Assembly: GCA_043823745.1 (NCBI GenBank)
Contig: JBDRAN010000006.1
Location: forward strand, 40,176-104,175
Direction of reading: 5' to 3'
Origin: Candidatus Omnitrophota bacterium
GTDB taxonomy: Bacteria > Omnitrophota > Gorgyraeia > Duberdicusellales > 4484-171
DNA length: 64,000 bases
Shown: positions 28,760 to 38,178 of the stretch, piece by piece
How positions within the stretch are numbered: the first letter of the stretch is position 1
Layout of the letters: every line of letters begins with the position of its first letter
Translations under genes and position numbers: made by a program
The notes under the pieces: model-generated
The model's database searches: none
Told to the model about the DNA's origin: nothing
Seen by the model: only the letters and a program-made list of their open reading frames with translations

Positions 28760-28999
28760 AATAGCAGTTTTCAAGCCTCGGGCGACGGAAAACTGCGTGA
28801 TTGAATTTGACCCCGCTCCTTTGGCAGAAGATTGTGCAGCTATATTATAGAAGTAAGTTAAAGTTACGCATGTAATCAAACGGTTGGATAAAACCTTCGC
28901 CAAAGGGGCGGGGTTTAATTCGTAGACGTCCCGCATAAAAAGGCGGGACTACAATTTACGTTCGCTCTCATACATTGCTCCGTAAATTGTCTACTCATT
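28755..28999 (+). repeat. Four-way-junction structured intergenic element, copy 2 (galT-gap)
   Basis: AATGA|aat..att|GAATT..AATTC|gtagac..gtctac|TCATT. Confidence 0.8.
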
Positions 29000-29011
29000 A
29001 AAGGAGGTTCT

Positions 29012-30064
29012 ATGGCGGTCAAAGTCGGTATCAATGGGTTTGGAAGAATCGGAAGGATGGTAGGTCGAGCGATCCTTGAACGAAATTCAAAAAACATCGA
29101 ACTTGTAGCAGTTAATGATATTACGGATGCCAAAGCTCTTGCGCATCTTCTCAAATACGACTCGGTCCATGGCCGCTTTCCCGGGGGCGACGTCAAAGTC
29201 GGTACAGGCTCAATTATGGTTAACGGTAAAGAGATAAAAGTACTCGCTAAAAAAGATCCGGGGGAATTGCCGTGGAAAGAGCTTGGCGTTGATATCGTGG
29301 TCGAATCAACAGGGCTTTTTACCATAAAGAATGACGGCGTCAACAAGAAAGGAAAAGAAGTAAAAGGTGCCATCAACCATATTGCCAAGGGCGGCGCAAA
29401 AAAAGTTATTATCTCGGCTCCGGCAGAAGGAGAAGATATCACGATTGTCATGGGTGTTAACGACAATAAATATGACCCCAAGAATCACCATGTGATTTCA
29501 AACGCTTCCTGCACCACCAACTGCCTTGGACCTGTCGCGAAAATTATCAATGATACCTGGGGTATTGAGAAAGGCTTAATGACCACCATACACGCCTACA
29601 CGAACGACCAGCGCGTACAGGACCTTCCGCACTCGGATATGCGCAGAGCCCGTGCGGCAGCAGTGTCGATGATTCCCACCTCAACCGGTGCAGCGAGAGC
29701 TATCGGCCTGGTTATTCCTGAGCTTAAAGGAAAACTGGACGGCTTTGCCATGAGAGTCCCGGTTGTTAATGTCTCGGTAGTTGATCTTTCCTGCACGCTC
29801 AAGAAAGACGTAACGGTAGAAGATATCAACGGAGCACTTAAAACAGCTTCCCAGGGTGCCTTGAAAGACATTCTTGATTATACCGACGAAGATGTTGTTT
29901 CGGTTGACTTTAACCATTACCCGGCTTCATCAACGGTCGATTCCAAAATGACGAAGGTTATCGGCGGTAACTTCGTAAAAGTCCTTGCCTGGTATGATAA
30001 CGAGTGGGGTTATTCCTGCAGAGTAGTAGATTTGATTGAATTAATGGTAAAGAAAGGATTATAA
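29012..30064 (+). CDS. gap: Glyceraldehyde-3-phosphate dehydrogenase (type I)
   Basis: [26 protein letters not shown]. Confidence 0.97.
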   Translation: MAVKVGINGFGRIGRMVGRAILERNSKNIELVAVNDITDAKALAHLLKYDSVHGRFPGGDVKVGTGSIMVNGKEIKVLAKKDPGELPWKELGVDIVVESTGLFTIKNDGVNKKGKEVKGAINHIAKGGAKKVIISAPAEGEDITIVMGVNDNKYDPKNHHVISNASCTTNCLGPVAKIINDTWGIEKGLMTTIHAYTNDQRVQDLPHSDMRRARAAAVSMIPTSTGAARAIGLVIPELKGKLDGFAMRVPVVNVSVVDLSCTLKKDVTVEDINGALKTASQGALKDILDYTDEDVVSVDFNHYPASSTVDSKMTKVIGGNFVKVLAWYDNEWGYSCRVVDLIELMVKKGL

Positions 30065-30067
30065 TAC

Positions 30068-30132
30068 TAGAAGCGGAAGTACGCGGAACATCAGCGTTTA
30101 TCCGCGTTTTGATCCGCGGCAATCCGCTTCTA
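30068..30132. repeat. TAGAAGCGGA...TCCGCTTCTA MITE/REP-like element, copy A1
   Basis: 10-bp terminal inverted repeats with internal ACGCGGA/ATCCGCG units; 4 copies in the window. Confidence 0.8.
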
Positions 30133-30146
30133 ATAAAAAGGTGGTC

Positions 30147-31328
30147 ATGTCAAAACTAACCCTTAACGATGTGGATGTAACGGGAAAAAAAGTGATTATG
30201 CGCGTTGACTTTAACGTGCCGCTTGATAAGCAAGGCGTAATTACGGATGATAACCGCATACGGGAGGCTCTGCCGACCATCAAATATATTCTTGAGCGCG
30301 GAGCGCGCACATTAATTCTTATGAGTCATCTGGGCAGGCCTGACGGAACGGTTGTTGAAGGCCTGCGTATGAGCGCGGTAGCAAAGAAATTATCAAGCTT
30401 GCTCGGACAAGAGGTAGAAAAGCTTGACGACTGCGTGGGGCCGGAGGTGCAAAAGGCAATCGCGGCGACAAAGGCAAAAATCGTTCTTCTTGAGAATCTT
30501 CGTTTTCACGCAGAGGAAGAAGCCGGTGACGAAGCGTTTGCCAAAGAACTCGCTTCGCTTGCCGATATCTATGTCAATGACGCATTCGGCACCGCTCATC
30601 GCGCGCATGCTTCAACCACGCTTATCGCACAGTTCATCCCCTCCTGCCTCGGTTTTCTCATGGAGAAAGAAGTAACCTCGCTCGCCGCGGCATTAAAGCC
30701 TGCCAAGCCATATGTCGTGATCTTAGGAGGGGCGAAGGTCTCCGATAAAATCGGCGTCATCAGCAATTTAATGAAAAATGCCGATACGATACTCGTCGGC
30801 GGCGCCATGGCCTATACCTTTTTAAAAAGCAGGGGCGAGGATGTGGGTAATTCGCGCGTTGAGGCTGATAAGCTTGCCCTGGCCAAAGACATCTTAACCG
30901 AAGCGAAACAGAAAAATGTGCACATTATATTACCCGTCGATCACGTGGCAGTTGAAGCGATCGATAACCCCGCGACAAAGAAAATCGTGGACACAATCCC
31001 CGCTGGTTTTCTGGGCGTCGATATCGGCCCCAAAACAATCGCGCTGTTTAAGAAAGAACTTTCTCTCGCTAAAACGGTGCTCTGGAACGGGCCCGTGGGC
31101 ATTTTTGAGAAAGAACCATACGCTCAGGGGACACGTGAGCTCGCGCTGTACCTGGCGACACTTACAAGCACAACCGTTATTGTCGGAGGCGGGGATTCTG
31201 CCGCAGCTGCCAAGAAATTTGGAGTAGCCGGAAGTCTTTCGCACGTTTCAACCGGCGGAGGAGCTTCGCTTGAACTCTTAGAAGGGAAAGAATTGTCGGG
31301 GATCGCGATAATACCGGATAAAAAATAG
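30147..31328 (+). CDS. pgk: Phosphoglycerate kinase
   Basis: RVDFNVP, SHLGRP, LLENLRF, DAFGTAHRAHAS, STGGGASL. Confidence 0.97.
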   Translation: MSKLTLNDVDVTGKKVIMRVDFNVPLDKQGVITDDNRIREALPTIKYILERGARTLILMSHLGRPDGTVVEGLRMSAVAKKLSSLLGQEVEKLDDCVGPEVQKAIAATKAKIVLLENLRFHAEEEAGDEAFAKELASLADIYVNDAFGTAHRAHASTTLIAQFIPSCLGFLMEKEVTSLAAALKPAKPYVVILGGAKVSDKIGVISNLMKNADTILVGGAMAYTFLKSRGEDVGNSRVEADKLALAKDILTEAKQKNVHIILPVDHVAVEAIDNPATKKIVDTIPAGFLGVDIGPKTIALFKKELSLAKTVLWNGPVGIFEKEPYAQGTRELALYLATLTSTTVIVGGGDSAAAAKKFGVAGSLSHVSTGGGASLELLEGKELSGIAIIPDKK

Positions 31329-31400
31329 AAGCGGAACAACGCGGAAGCACGCGGAACATCAGCGTCTATCCGCGTTTTGATCCGCAGCAATCCGCTTCTA
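31326..31400. repeat. TAGAAGCGGA...TCCGCTTCTA element, copy A2
   Basis: Starts with the pgk TAG stop; same TIRs. Confidence 0.8.
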
Positions 31401-31414
31401 AAAAAAGGAATTAT

Positions 31415-32170
31415 ATGAGAAAACCAATAATTGCAGGTAACTGGAAAATGTATAAAACGATTAATGAAGGTGTGGCGCTCGCCAATGGATTAAAACGCGA
31501 GCTTCTCGACTTCAATGAAGCTGAAATCGTATTGTGCCCGCCCTTTACGGCTCTCGCGTCAATATATGAGATACTCATGGAAACCGAGATTAAACTGGGC
31601 GCGCAAAATCTTTTCTGGGAAAAAGAAGGAGCATATACCGGAGAAGTGTCTTCGCTGATGCTCAAAGACGCAGGCTGTGAATTTGTCATTCTCGGCCATT
31701 CCGAACGGCGAAAATATTTCGGGGAAACAGACGATGCAATCAACAAAAAGATACGCGTCGCCATGGCCGTCGGGCTTACGTCTATCTGTTGCGTCGGAGA
31801 AACACTCCAGGAACGGGAATCCGGAAAAACCATCGATGTTATTACGACGCAACTGACCGGTTGTTTTACGGACTTGCAGATCGAAGATATTATGGGTATT
31901 GTGATTGCGTATGAACCGGTCTGGGCTATCGGGACCGGCAAAAACGCAACACCGACGCAGGCACAGGAAGTGCACACGTTCATCCGCACCTGGCTTGCCG
32001 AACGATTCTCGGATGGTTTTGCTCAAAACACGCGTATCCTCTACGGAGGAAGCGTAAAACCCGCAAACACCAAAGAAATCATGAATGAACCTGACGTTGA
32101 CGGCGCGCTGGTCGGCGGAGCATCACTGGAAATTGCTTCGTTTGTGAATATTGTCAAAAATGCCGTCTAA
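31415..32170 (+). CDS. tpiA: Triosephosphate isomerase
   Basis: AGNWKM, GHSERR, AYEPVWAIGTG, YGGSV. Confidence 0.97.
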   Translation: MRKPIIAGNWKMYKTINEGVALANGLKRELLDFNEAEIVLCPPFTALASIYEILMETEIKLGAQNLFWEKEGAYTGEVSSLMLKDAGCEFVILGHSERRKYFGETDDAINKKIRVAMAVGLTSICCVGETLQERESGKTIDVITTQLTGCFTDLQIEDIMGIVIAYEPVWAIGTGKNATPTQAQEVHTFIRTWLAERFSDGFAQNTRILYGGSVKPANTKEIMNEPDVDGALVGGASLEIASFVNIVKNAV

Positions 32171-32184
32171 GGAGAATTACGCTG

Positions 32185-32592
32185 ATGTATACCTTTATGC
32201 TTGTTCTTCACATTATCATTGTTGTGGCGCTCTTGGCAGCCATCCTCATCCAGCGCGGAAGAAGCGGGGGCCTTATTGAAGCGCTGGGTGGCGTAGAATC
32301 ACTTTTTGGTACTAAGACAAGTTCATTCTTTGTCAAGATCACCGTGGTCCTGGCAGTACTTTTCTTTACTTCGACGATCACTCTTGCCTGGCTTGCCAAG
32401 GGGCGCGGCAAATCATTAATGGGTACCTACGAAACAACCATTGACGAAAATACCGCGGCACAAAAACAAACGTCTCTACCGGACGCGCGCGCCGCAGCCC
32501 CTCAGAGCGCCGGCGAACAAAAAGCAGAGACGACCGCCGCGGCTCCAAGCGCCGAGAATGCCGCACCTGCGAACACGAATGAGAATCAGTAG
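32185..32592 (+). CDS. secG: Preprotein translocase subunit SecG
   Basis: Two TM helices, ILIQRGRSGGL..GG..SLFG; follows tpiA. Confidence 0.88.
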   Translation: MYTFMLVLHIIIVVALLAAILIQRGRSGGLIEALGGVESLFGTKTSSFFVKITVVLAVLFFTSTITLAWLAKGRGKSLMGTYETTIDENTAAQKQTSLPDARAAAPQSAGEQKAETTAAAPSAENAAPANTNENQ

Positions 32593-34387
32593 GATTATCC
32601 TGTCGGCACTTCTGTTGTGGACAACGGCGCAAAGCGGGACGGCAGCCCGGGAAATCTTTAAAAAACCCTATACCAGTTATAAACTTTCCTGCGCAGACCC
32701 CGGGGGAACGCTCGTCCTCGCGACAACAACCGAGCCAAAATCATTCAATCCCATCACCGCACAGGAAACCTCTACCACTCAAATCACTTCCTTTATTTTC
32801 GAAGGATTAACCCGCACCGATCCGCGAACCCTCGAGGTTATGCCCAATCTGGCCGAACGATGGGAGACGCGCGATGGGATCGATTGGATCTTCCACCTGC
32901 GGCGCGATGTGCGCTGGAATGACGGCGCACCTTTCAGTGCCGACGATGTCGTCTTTACGTTCAATGAAATTATTTGCAACCCCACCATACCCAGCTCAAG
33001 TAAAGACATCTTTATGCTCGACGGTAAACCCCTTATGGTAGAAAAGATCGACGCGTACACGGTCCGCTTTGAGCTTCCGTGCGTATTCGCTCCTTTTTTA
33101 CGCGCTCTTTCCCAGGAAATTCTTCCGGCACATGCCTATCAGGCGCTTGTCCTTCAGGGCCGGTTTTCTTTTTCTCTCGGCCTTGACGCAGGCTGTGCCG
33201 ACATCATCGGCACCGGACCTTTTCTCCTTTCCCAGTATCTTCCCGGGGAACGCGTCGTGCTCAAAAAAAATCCGTTTTACTGGAAACGCGATGCCTGCGG
33301 AAAACAACTTCCTTATTTAGAAAAAATTATCTTTGTGATAATTCCCAGCCCCGATACCGCGCTGATGAAATTTCTTGAAGGCCAGATCGACTACTATAGC
33401 GTGCGCCCCCAGGACCTGGGGCTGCTTGGACCCCAGCAAACGAAAAAAAGATTTAGCCTTTACAACGCCGGGCCGGGCGTCGGAACTCATTTTCTGGTGC
33501 TCAACCGCAACGATGCCGTCAACCCGCACACGCACAAACCTTTCGCGAGCCCCCATAAAGTGCGATGGGCGGATGATGTTCGTTTTCGAAAAGCCATCTC
33601 GTATGCGATCAACCGAGAAAAAATTATCGCCGTGGTCTACAACGGCCTGGGTATCGCGCAGTATTCGGCGGAGAGCCCGGCAAATAAAGCATTCTACACC
33701 GATAACATTACCACCTATCCTTACAACCCCGAACGAGCGAAAGCATTGCTTGTTGCCTGCGGTTTTACCAAGCGCCCCGACGGCACGCTCATGGATCCTG
33801 AGGGAAATGAGCTTACGCTCACCTTTATGACCAATGCCGACAGCTCCGAACGCGTACAAATCGCCTCGCTGATACAGAAAGATTTAACCGCTATAGGCAT
33901 TACCACTAATTTTATTTCCCTCGATTTTAACACCTTGGTCAACAAGCTTGTGGCGACACGTGACTGGGAAATGATGCTTATCGGCCTTTCGGGTACTATC
34001 GAACCGTATTTTGGCAAAAACGTCTGGTCGTATACCGGAAGTTTACACGCATGGGATTTAAGCGGGAAAGCGCGCGAGGCGTATGAAGAAGAGATCGAAG
34101 AAATTTTTCGCGCGGGAGCGACGACCCTGGACGAAGAAAAGCGCAAGGCGCTTTTTAGCCGCTTTCAGAAAATTGTCAGCGAAGAACAGCCGCTTATCTA
34201 TACCGTTATTCCTTATTCACTCTATGCGATAGCCGACAAATTCGGCAACCTTTTCCCTACGGTCTACGGGGGCGCGTTTTCGGAGATCGAATATCTTTAC
34301 GTAAACCCGGCGTTTGCTCACCCCACGAAAGCGGGGCACGCAAACGCTGCCCGAAGGACCGACGAACGAAACCCCGAAGAGAGATAA
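32579..34387 (+). CDS. ABC transporter substrate-binding protein, family 5 (peptide/nickel)
   Basis: Signal peptide from ATG 32579; PKSFNP, IFEGL, PNLAERWE, FSADDVVFT, GTGPF. Confidence 0.88.
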   Translation: MRISRIILSALLLWTTAQSGTAAREIFKKPYTSYKLSCADPGGTLVLATTTEPKSFNPITAQETSTTQITSFIFEGLTRTDPRTLEVMPNLAERWETRDGIDWIFHLRRDVRWNDGAPFSADDVVFTFNEIICNPTIPSSSKDIFMLDGKPLMVEKIDAYTVRFELPCVFAPFLRALSQEILPAHAYQALVLQGRFSFSLGLDAGCADIIGTGPFLLSQYLPGERVVLKKNPFYWKRDACGKQLPYLEKIIFVIIPSPDTALMKFLEGQIDYYSVRPQDLGLLGPQQTKKRFSLYNAGPGVGTHFLVLNRNDAVNPHTHKPFASPHKVRWADDVRFRKAISYAINREKIIAVVYNGLGIAQYSAESPANKAFYTDNITTYPYNPERAKALLVACGFTKRPDGTLMDPEGNELTLTFMTNADSSERVQIASLIQKDLTAIGITTNFISLDFNTLVNKLVATRDWEMMLIGLSGTIEPYFGKNVWSYTGSLHAWDLSGKAREAYEEEIEEIFRAGATTLDEEKRKALFSRFQKIVSEEQPLIYTVIPYSLYAIADKFGNLFPTVYGGAFSEIEYLYVNPAFAHPTKAGHANAARRTDERNPEER

Positions 34388-34604
34388 TCCCACAAGGATA
34401 GACCTTCCTGCACCTTTTAAGGAAGGGTCTAATCATGCGTGCGGAGTAATACCAAAACGAGCCTACGCCTTTTTACGATGCTCCTCTGTGAAGCAAACAG
34501 GCATTACCGTAACCACGCGCGGTGTGCCTGTGGTATAATACAATTGTTGGCTCTCATGTACGTGAGATCCATGATCGTTTTACGGTTCCGTAAACGAAAT
34601 TCTC

Positions 34605-34633
34605 TTGACATCAATATCCATTTATGTTACATT
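34605..34633 (+). promoter_or_regulatory. Putative sigma70 promoter (leaderless TPR gene)
   Basis: TTGACA-17 nt-TACATT with TGn; ATG 5-8 nt downstream. Confidence 0.6.
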
Positions 34634-34638
34634 TAACG

Positions 34639-35475
34639 ATGATGAGATACATTTTCATCCTTGCACTCTTTTTTTCCCCCCTCGTTTCTGTTTATAGCCA
34701 GAGTGATTCCGTAAAGGAAGATTTAAAAACTCAAGCGCGTACGTATCGAACCGAAGGCTATAGACTGCAAGCGCAAGGGGACACAGCCCAGGCGCTGATG
34801 TACTATCAGAAAGCCGCGACTCTGGACCCTACCTATCTTGAAGTCTTTAATGACATCGGGGTGGTCTGTGAGGCAATGGGTAACACCGCGGACGCCGAGG
34901 CTATGTATAAAAAAGCCTTGGAGATAGATGCGAACTATCTGGCCACCTATACTAATCTCGCATTCCTATACGAGAAAAAAGGCGATATCCCAAATGCCTC
35001 ACACTACTGGGAAAAGCGCTACGAGCTCGGCCAGGAAGGAGAATATTGGCGCGAGGTTGCCGCGCAGCACCTGCTTGCCTTAGGAACATATCCTCAGGTC
35101 AAAAAGACACTCCTTGAGAAACAAGCGTTGCGGCTTTCACGCGATCTATCCTATGATCGCGAACAGGAACGATTAAAGACTCTCGAAGAAGCGAAGTTAC
35201 ACTATGATATCGGAACGAATCTGTTTCTGCGAGCCGATTACGCCGCGGCAATAAAGGAATTTGAGACGGTTTTATCGCTTAACCCGCCTGATGAAGAGCT
35301 CAAGGCCCAGACGATCGAATTCTATAAAAAGACAGAAAAAGCGAGGACACGAGAACAAGCCATTAATGATATCCAGGAAGCGCTTACCTATATAAAGAAA
35401 GAAGATTACCTTTCCGCAGGAGAAAGACTCAAGAACGCTCTTACAGGCATTTTTCGTTTGGCCCAGGAAAAGTAA
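34639..35475 (+). CDS. Exported tetratricopeptide-repeat protein
   Basis: Signal peptide; TPR motifs ALMYYQKAATLDP, AMYKKALEID, AIKEFETVLSLNP. Confidence 0.85.
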   Translation: MMRYIFILALFFSPLVSVYSQSDSVKEDLKTQARTYRTEGYRLQAQGDTAQALMYYQKAATLDPTYLEVFNDIGVVCEAMGNTADAEAMYKKALEIDANYLATYTNLAFLYEKKGDIPNASHYWEKRYELGQEGEYWREVAAQHLLALGTYPQVKKTLLEKQALRLSRDLSYDREQERLKTLEEAKLHYDIGTNLFLRADYAAAIKEFETVLSLNPPDEELKAQTIEFYKKTEKARTREQAINDIQEALTYIKKEDYLSAGERLKNALTGIFRLAQEK

Positions 35476-35648
35476 GGTGCGGACCAGCCTTTACATCTTT
35501 TAATTCATAATTCCCAAATGATTACCAAGGTATCTCTACCGTTATAGGAACATACATGGATGCGCGCCCCTATTGCTTCAATGCGCACGTTTCTTCTTTT
35601 ATCCATACAATAATGTAAGCTACGACGGAATTCAAGCGAAACGCTATT

Positions 35649-38147
35649 GTGACCAACGAACCAATCTACCTCATCGACGGAACATCTATCTGTTACCGTT
35701 CATTCTATGCACTGAAGCTTTCGAACTCAAAAGGACTTCCGACCGGTGCGGTATATGGTTTTTACAATACGCTTAAAAAAATACACGCGCTGTTTGGGCC
35801 CCAGCTCTTGGCTATGTGTTTCGATGTATCGCGCAAGACGTTTCGTCAGGAAAAATATAAAGAATATAAGATTAACCGTCCTCCGTCACCGGATGGCTTA
35901 AAAATACAAATCCCTTTTATCAAGCGCTTAGTCGCTCTTATGGGCCTGGCTGTCGTTGAAAAAGACGGATTTGAAGCCGATGACATTATATACACATTAA
36001 CTAAAAAAGCGGTCGCCCAGAATCGACCCACGGTTATTGTCACGTCCGATAAAGATATGTATCAGTTGCTCAGTGAGAGCAATGTAACGATATACAACCC
36101 CACGCAGGAACGCCTGATCAGGGAAGAAGATTTTTTCAAAGATTTTGGTTTTACCTCGTCGTTTATTATTGATTACCTGGCTCTGGCGGGTGATGCCAGC
36201 GATAACATCCCCGGCGCCAAGGGAATCGGCAAGGTAGGCGCCTCAAAGCTCATACAAGAATATCATACAATAGAAAACATATTCGCGCACATCGATGATA
36301 TCGCGCCAAAAACGAAAAAAATACTGATCGAGAACAAAACTATGGTCACCTTAAGCAAAGAGTTGGTAAAGCTTGCCTCCTGCGATATCGGGCTCGATTG
36401 GAAAGATTTAGGCGTTGGAGCCGCTGATCGTACGGGCCTATGCACCCTCTTTAGCGAGCTTGAGTTTAAAAGCCTGGTTAAAGACTTTGCGCAAGAAAGC
36501 CTTACGGTGCGCCTTGACATCAAAGATGCCACAGCCGCCGAAATCAAGGCGCTCAACAAAGACACGCTTACTTTTTTTAGCGAGGATGCCATAATCTATA
36601 TCTGCGGTGACAACACCCGCCTGTACCAAATTTCACTCGATGCGATCAAGGATGTCTTGGCTGACCAGGCTATACGAAAAATTTCATATGACTTTAAGGA
36701 GCAGCTCTACACCTGGGACGGCATTGCCTGCGCAGGAATATGGTTTGATATTAAAATTGCTGCCTATGTTGATGATCCGGCGTTACCTGATTATAGCCTC
36801 GAGGGTCTTGTGGCGCATTATCTGGGAGAATTTGTCTCAGAGATCCCAGGCCACGCAGCGCCCTATTACATTGATAAACTCTATACCGTACTTGCCGCAA
36901 AACTTACCGCGGAGAACCTCGAAAATCTTTTTTTCACCGTAGAGATGCCTCTTATGAAAGTTTTACGCGATATGGAATCAAGAGGTGTCGCAATCGACAC
37001 CACAGCGCTGCAAGACTTAGGCTCCGAAGTCCAAACGCGGCATGCGCAGGTAAGCAACGAAATTTTTTCGTTGGCCGGCAAAGAGTTTAACCTTAACTCG
37101 CCGACGCAGTTACGCGTTGTGCTTTTTGAAGACTTAAAAATACCGCCTCTGTCAAAGACCAAAACAGGCTATTCAACCAACGAAGAGGTTTTAACGAAAC
37201 TTGCGGCGCGCCACCCCATCGCGCGATTGCTCCTTGAACACAGGGAACTGACGAAACTAAAAACTACCTACATTATGCCTATCCTTGAAGCAGTAAAGCG
37301 GGGCGCGGGCAGACTCCATACGACCTTTAATCAGACCGCGACCCAGACGGGCCGGCTTTCTTCATCATCTCCGAATCTACAAAGCATTCCCGCGCGAGGA
37401 ACGTTTTCTGACGCATTGCGCCGCACCTTTATCTCGTCGTTTAACGAGGGTGTTATCCTGTCTGCTGATTATTCACAGATCGAATTACGTATCCTGGCTC
37501 ATTTTTCAGCCGACGCGGCGCTTACGCAAGCATTCAGGGATAATACCGATATCCATAGCTTTACCGCATCTCTGCTCTTTGGCGTACCTCAGGCTTCTAT
37601 ACGCGAGCTCGAGCGAGATACGGCGAAAAAGGTGAACTTTGGAATTCTCTACGGCATGAGCGCCTACGGCCTGGCGAGTGAGCTTGGGATTACCGCGCAC
37701 GAAGCGCAGAATTTTATTGATAGTTATTTTCTTCGCTACCCTGGCGTAAAAGAATACATCGATCATATACACCAGGCCGCCGAAACAAATGGGTATGTGA
37801 CTACAATACTCGGGAGACGCAGAAAACTGAACGACATTAAAAGCCAAAACCAGGCACTTCGTGAATTTGCGCGTCGACAAGCAATTAATACGCCGATCCA
37901 GGGATCCTGCGCCGATATCATAAAAACAGCAATGATACATATCCAGCGATCGCTGCGTGATCAAGGCTATACCGCGCAAATGATCATTCAGATACACGAT
38001 GAGCTTGTTTTCGATGTCCCGGTTGCGGAGCTCGAAAATGTTAAAAAAATCGTGCGCGTGCATATGGAAGAAAGTGTGCCCCTGCGCGTTCCTTTAAAAG
38101 TAAATATCGAAGAGGGAAAAAACTGGGCAGATACTCAAAAATCCTAA
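35649..38147 (+). CDS. polA: DNA polymerase I
   Basis: 5'-3' exonuclease (LIDG, EADD, GDASDNIPG); TGRLSSSSPNLQ, DYSQIELR, QIHDEL. Confidence 0.96.
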   Translation: MTNEPIYLIDGTSICYRSFYALKLSNSKGLPTGAVYGFYNTLKKIHALFGPQLLAMCFDVSRKTFRQEKYKEYKINRPPSPDGLKIQIPFIKRLVALMGLAVVEKDGFEADDIIYTLTKKAVAQNRPTVIVTSDKDMYQLLSESNVTIYNPTQERLIREEDFFKDFGFTSSFIIDYLALAGDASDNIPGAKGIGKVGASKLIQEYHTIENIFAHIDDIAPKTKKILIENKTMVTLSKELVKLASCDIGLDWKDLGVGAADRTGLCTLFSELEFKSLVKDFAQESLTVRLDIKDATAAEIKALNKDTLTFFSEDAIIYICGDNTRLYQISLDAIKDVLADQAIRKISYDFKEQLYTWDGIACAGIWFDIKIAAYVDDPALPDYSLEGLVAHYLGEFVSEIPGHAAPYYIDKLYTVLAAKLTAENLENLFFTVEMPLMKVLRDMESRGVAIDTTALQDLGSEVQTRHAQVSNEIFSLAGKEFNLNSPTQLRVVLFEDLKIPPLSKTKTGYSTNEEVLTKLAARHPIARLLLEHRELTKLKTTYIMPILEAVKRGAGRLHTTFNQTATQTGRLSSSSPNLQSIPARGTFSDALRRTFISSFNEGVILSADYSQIELRILAHFSADAALTQAFRDNTDIHSFTASLLFGVPQASIRELERDTAKKVNFGILYGMSAYGLASELGITAHEAQNFIDSYFLRYPGVKEYIDHIHQAAETNGYVTTILGRRRKLNDIKSQNQALREFARRQAINTPIQGSCADIIKTAMIHIQRSLRDQGYTAQMIIQIHDELVFDVPVAELENVKKIVRVHMEESVPLRVPLKVNIEEGKNWADTQKS

Positions 38148-38178
38148 TGTTCTCTACGTACAACAGAAGGGGGTCACG

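Noticed and set aside
29320-29385. Basic insertion ([15 protein letters not shown]) in GAPDH
   Set aside because: Lies in a variable surface region and the catalytic motifs are intact; not enough to claim a new function.
32441-32578. Long 5' ORF extensions (SBP here; also RR 5360, trpB 48156, tal 54490, dehydrogenase 59526)
   Set aside because: They overlap upstream genes; homology, signal peptides or SDs begin at downstream ATGs.
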